Positions 46,877 to 50,228 of a stretch of DNA of 50,228 nt are shown here, piece after piece; the first letter of the stretch is position 1, and every line of letters begins with the position of its first letter. Below the pieces are notes generated by a model. The model was not told where the DNA came from. It ran no database searches and saw nothing but the letters and a program-made list of their open reading frames with translations. The translations under genes were made by a program, and so were the position numbers. Source of the stretch: Ruania sp. (GTDB taxonomy: Bacteria > Actinomycetota > Actinomycetes > Actinomycetales > Beutenbergiaceae); contig DATGRZ010000069.1 in the NCBI GenBank assembly GCA_035303065.1, positions 1-50,228 on the forward strand, in the 5' to 3' direction.

Positions 46877-49135
46877 CTAGTTCGTCAGTGTCCGACGACG
46901 TCGCAGCAGCAGCACGCCGGACAGGATCAGCATGGCCGCGATCCCAGCTAGCGCAGAGCTGCCGTCACCCGTCGAGGGGAGTTCCGAGACCGGCTGCACC
47001 TGGACCGGGTAGATGCCAGCTGTGCCATCGCTCGGAATGGTGACCTGAGAGACTCCGCCCGTGACGACAGATCCACCCGCAACAGGTGTCACGCCGCCGC
47101 CGGTCACGACCGAACCGCCACCGATGGGGGTCGCGCTCCCACCAGTCACGTCAGAGACACCTGTGACGTCGGCAGTCCCACCAGGACCGCCATTGCCAGC
47201 GGGCTTCTGATAGGTGAACTGGTAGGTCGCGGCCGTCGACGGATCGGTCCCGTCCGCAAACACGACGGTCACGGTGTTCGTACCGTCGGCGGGGGTGAAC
47301 ATCATCGAGCACGTGGTCGATTCGCCAGTGCCCAACGAAGCCGACTGGCAGGTCAGGTCACCAACGTCGGACTGAGCCACCAAGCTGTCGACCGCGGCGT
47401 CACCGTTGTTAGTGACTGTGATCGTGAACCGAGCCTGATCCCTGACACCGTCCGGAGTCTGGGCTGCCGGGATGAACTCGATGCTGGCTTCGTCCACGGT
47501 AAAGACCACCCTTACAGACGCATCGTCGGACCCGTTGGAACCATCCGACCCGTCGGAACCATCAGACCCGTTGGAACCATCAGCGCCATCGGAACCATCA
47601 GCGCCATCCGAACCGTCACTGCCGTGAGAGCCGTCGGAACGATCCGAACCGCCGAGCAGACCACCAAGGCCATCCTCAAGAAGACCACCGGTCAACCCAC
47701 CAAGCAGACCATCCGAACCATCCGAACCATCACTGCCCTCGGAACCGTTGGAACCGTCGGAGCCATTGGAACCGTTGGACCCTTCCGGGCCATCGGAACC
47801 ATCCGAACCATCAGACCCACCGAGCAGACCACCAAGGCCATCCTCAAGAAGACCACCGGTCAACCCACCAAGCAGACCATCCGAACCATCCGTACCGTCC
47901 GAACCATCACTGCCCTCGGTGCCATCAGCGCCATCCGAGCCATCAGACCCATCAGGCCCATCCGTGCCGTCCGACCCGTCGGGACCATCAGACCCATCAG
48001 AATCGTCACTGCCCTCGGAACCGTTGGAACCGTCGGAGCCATTGGAACCGTTGGACCCTTCCGGGCCATCGGAACCATCCGACCCGTCCGAACCATCCGA
48101 ACCATCAGACCCACCGAGCAGACCACCAAGGCCATCCTCAAGAAGACCACCGGTCAACCCACCAAGCAGACCATCCGAGTCGGCCGATTCTTCCTCGTTC
48201 ACCTCTTCAACCGTGCAGCAGGGCTCGTCAGACCCCTTTGCGCCGTCATTGGCATCAGAATCGTCGGTGCCGTCCGAACCATCAGCGCCATCCGACTCAT
48301 CAGACCCATCCGACCCATCAACCCCGGCCGAACCGTCACTGCCCTCGGAATCGTTGGAATCGTCCGACCCATCCGAGCCATCAGACCCATCCGAGCCATC
48401 AGACCCATCCGGGCCATCCGAGTCATCCGAGTCATCAGATCCGGCGGCCTCGTCTTCGGTAACTTCCTCGACCGAGCAGCACTCATCGGTGCTGCTGCCG
48501 GCTTCGGAATCGTTGGTACCGCTACTGGTCGCAGTGGTGTCCGTGACCGGCTCTGAATCGTTGTCGTCCGTCGCCTCAACGGTTGTTGAGACCTCACCGG
48601 AAGGTGCCGCCGAGTCGTCAGCTTGGCCTTCCTGCGAAGGTTCCTCGTTGACCGCGGTAGCGCTCGAAGCGTCACTGTTGGTGGCGTCGTCGTCCTCGTC
48701 GCCGGACTGTGTCGCCGACTCATGCGGGACGCTGGCTGAGGACATCGGTGTGGCGCACGGATCATCCCCGCTTTGGTCCGCGGTGTTCTCCTCTTGACTA
48801 GAGGACACGTCAAGGACGTCTACGCCTGTTGCCTCGGATGTTGACTGCACAGCATCCACGACGGACGAGACCAGCCCACCGTCGTCATCGGTCTCTTCGC
48901 CGTCAACAGTAGAAGACCCTGCCGATCCTGAGTCACACATCTCAAATGTGACGTTGTCAGTGCCCGACTCGGTGGCAGCGCTCACTCCCGCGGCACCGTT
49001 CAAACTGGCCCCCTGAGCGGCTTCCATCACCAGGGGAGGGCCGTCAGTGACAGCGTGAGCTCCAACCGATCCAACGATCGTAAGCCCACCAGCGAGCAGC
49101 GATATTCGCAGCGCTCGCCTCAAGTAGGTATGCAT
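46877..49135 (-). CDS. LPXTG sortase-anchored acidic repeat surface protein
   Basis: Signal MHTYLRRALRISLLAGGLTIVGSVGAHA; GSD repeats; one Ig-like domain (47207-47509); LPSTG (46967-46981) + TM + RRRR; AGGAG 7 nt before ATG 49135. Confidence 0.88.
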   Translation of the reverse strand: MHTYLRRALRISLLAGGLTIVGSVGAHAVTDGPPLVMEAAQGASLNGAAGVSAATESGTDNVTFEMCDSGSAGSSTVDGEETDDDGGLVSSVVDAVQSTSEATGVDVLDVSSSQEENTADQSGDDPCATPMSSASVPHESATQSGDEDDDATNSDASSATAVNEEPSQEGQADDSAAPSGEVSTTVEATDDNDSEPVTDTTATSSGTNDSEAGSSTDECCSVEEVTEDEAAGSDDSDDSDGPDGSDGSDGSDGSDGSDDSNDSEGSDGSAGVDGSDGSDESDGADGSDGTDDSDANDGAKGSDEPCCTVEEVNEEESADSDGLLGGLTGGLLEDGLGGLLGGSDGSDGSDGSDGSDGPEGSNGSNGSDGSNGSEGSDDSDGSDGPDGSDGTDGPDGSDGSDGADGTEGSDGSDGTDGSDGLLGGLTGGLLEDGLGGLLGGSDGSDGSDGPEGSNGSNGSDGSNGSEGSDGSDGSDGLLGGLTGGLLEDGLGGLLGGSDRSDGSHGSDGSDGADGSDGADGSNGSDGSDGSDGSNGSDDASVRVVFTVDEASIEFIPAAQTPDGVRDQARFTITVTNNGDAAVDSLVAQSDVGDLTCQSASLGTGESTTCSMMFTPADGTNTVTVVFADGTDPSTAATYQFTYQKPAGNGGPGGTADVTGVSDVTGGSATPIGGGSVVTGGGVTPVAGGSVVTGGVSQVTIPSDGTAGIYPVQVQPVSELPSTGDGSSALAGIAAMLILSGVLLLRRRRTLTN
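47519..48445 (-). repeat. Gly-Ser-Asp tripeptide arrays with three identical 65-bp blocks
   Basis: 9-bp periodicity; identical blocks at 47652, 47820 and 48114 encoding DGLLGGLTGGLLEDGLGGLLG. Confidence 0.9.
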
Positions 49136-49142
49136 GGAAATA

Positions 49143-49229
49143 CTCCTGACTAGTTGGGTGGAATGCGCCCGTCGGGCGCATGGTGACGTGCCGGACACGA
49201 AGTCCGGTCGTCCACCCGTCAGTCAGGAG
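49143..49229 (-). promoter_or_regulatory. SD-sequestering multibranch RNA structure linking the upstream ORF stop to the LPXTG gene RBS
   Basis: Outer stems CTCCTGACT/AGTCAGGAG (9 bp) and GGGTGGA/TCCACCC (7 bp); inner hairpins CCGGAC/GTCCGG and ATGCGCCC/GGGCGCAT. Confidence 0.7.
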
Positions 49230-50228
49230 CGATAGCGACCTTGAGAACGACCTCAAGGACAGTCGGCAGCGACTCCCCCGTCAGATGTGTGGTCATGGAG
49301 TTTGCCGGAAGTTCCAGCTCTCGCACAGCGTCAGCGTACGCAGTCCCCGTTTGGCCAGACGCGCTTGCGGTACCGCTCGGTGCCGAGGAAGGTACTGCGA
49401 CGGGCTTGGGCATCGTGTCGCCGTCCGTCGCATCACTTGAATGGACCCCGACGGGAGCCACCGATGTGCTGCTGTCGGCAGCTGCCACCGAACTGATCGA
49501 AAGAGGCTCACCAACGGGCTGAGCGGTATAGGTAGGCGCAGTCGTCGGCGAGGGCCCACTTTCCACGTCCATCGGTACAGCCATCACTTCAGCCATCGAC
49601 TGCGCAACCGCAGTATCGATCGGTGCCGAAGGCAAGTGAATGATCTGCGTGGGCGTCTCGACAACTTGAGACTCACCGATCAGCGGATCCAGAGTTTGCT
49701 CAATCACCGGATCCGCGAGCGAACCAACTACATCCGCGGCGATGGGTTCCGTGATCGGCATCACGACGTCGTGCACAACCGGAGCAACCACATCGTGCAC
49801 AACCGGCGTGAGTACCGGGTCGAGAACGTCGTCAACGACTGGAGCGAGAACCGGCGCGGCCACCTCATCCACGATCGGTGCGACGACATCGTCGCTGACC
49901 TGCTCAAGGGTTGGCACAATGAGCGCGCCAGTCACCGGTTGGGTGACATCCATGATTGGTTCTGTCACCGGATCGATGAGCCCAGTGATCCGATCTAGCA
50001 GCGGGCCATCTCGTTCGGGTGTACTTTCCTCCGCTGCAGTTTCGTCCCGCGGTGCAGGTTCGTCACTGACTACCGGCTCGTCAGCCTCAGTGGCCACCTC
50101 GGTCGTCTCCGCCACCGGCTCAACAACCTCAGCAGCCACCTCAGTGGTCTCCGCCACCGGCTCTTCACCTTCGAAGAGCTCATCGGTCACGCCTGCCACG
50201 ACGTCCGTCACGATGGACGTCGACTGCT
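49219..50228 (-). CDS. Val/Pro/Asp/Glu-rich low-complexity protein ending in APD (5' end outside window)
   Basis: Frame is open to the window edge; EPVAETTEVA and D(V)VAPV(V/L) repeats; stop at 49219-49221. Confidence 0.75.
   Translation of the reverse strand, partial: QSTSIVTDVVAGVTDELFEGEEPVAETTEVAAEVVEPVAETTEVATEADEPVVSDEPAPRDETAAEESTPERDGPLLDRITGLIDPVTEPIMDVTQPVTGALIVPTLEQVSDDVVAPIVDEVAAPVLAPVVDDVLDPVLTPVVHDVVAPVVHDVVMPITEPIAADVVGSLADPVIEQTLDPLIGESQVVETPTQIIHLPSAPIDTAVAQSMAEVMAVPMDVESGPSPTTAPTYTAQPVGEPLSISSVAAADSSTSVAPVGVHSSDATDGDTMPKPVAVPSSAPSGTASASGQTGTAYADAVRELELPANSMTTHLTGESLPTVLEVVLKVAIAPD

Noticed and set aside
47624-48797. Plus-strand repeat ORFs (IRPIRA / SEPSDP)
   Set aside because: Antisense frames of the GSD repeats; the minus-strand frame has the signal peptide and LPXTG anchor.

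Overview
High-GC actinobacterial chromosome segment, most likely Micrococcales (inferred from the ribosomal protein and gene-order style), close to oriC. The conserved core reads dnaB, MATE, rplI-rpsR-ssb-rpsF, ponA, padR-ino1, MFS, CCA-adding enzyme, NUDIX-DUF6049-murJ (fused to a pseudokinase module), trxB-trxA. Left of dnaB is an accessory block: a DUF222/HNH endonuclease, hydrolases, a secreted metallophosphoesterase, a NarL-type two-component system and a modular GH20. Right of trxA is a minus-strand island, partly much lower in GC. It holds a partial Val/Pro/Asp-rich ORF ending in A-P-D-stop, an LPXTG-anchored acidic repeat protein, an unanchored secreted His-rich protein sharing the same disulfide beta-domain, ycnI and copCD. 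The strongest candidate for a novel system is in this island. The last codons of the upstream ORF (CTCCTGACT) pair perfectly with the Shine-Dalgarno region of the LPXTG gene (AGTCAGGAG) inside a multibranch RNA structure, suggesting ribosome-gated expression of a possibly copper-loaded two-protein surface system. No rRNA, tRNA, CRISPR array or transposase is recognisable.
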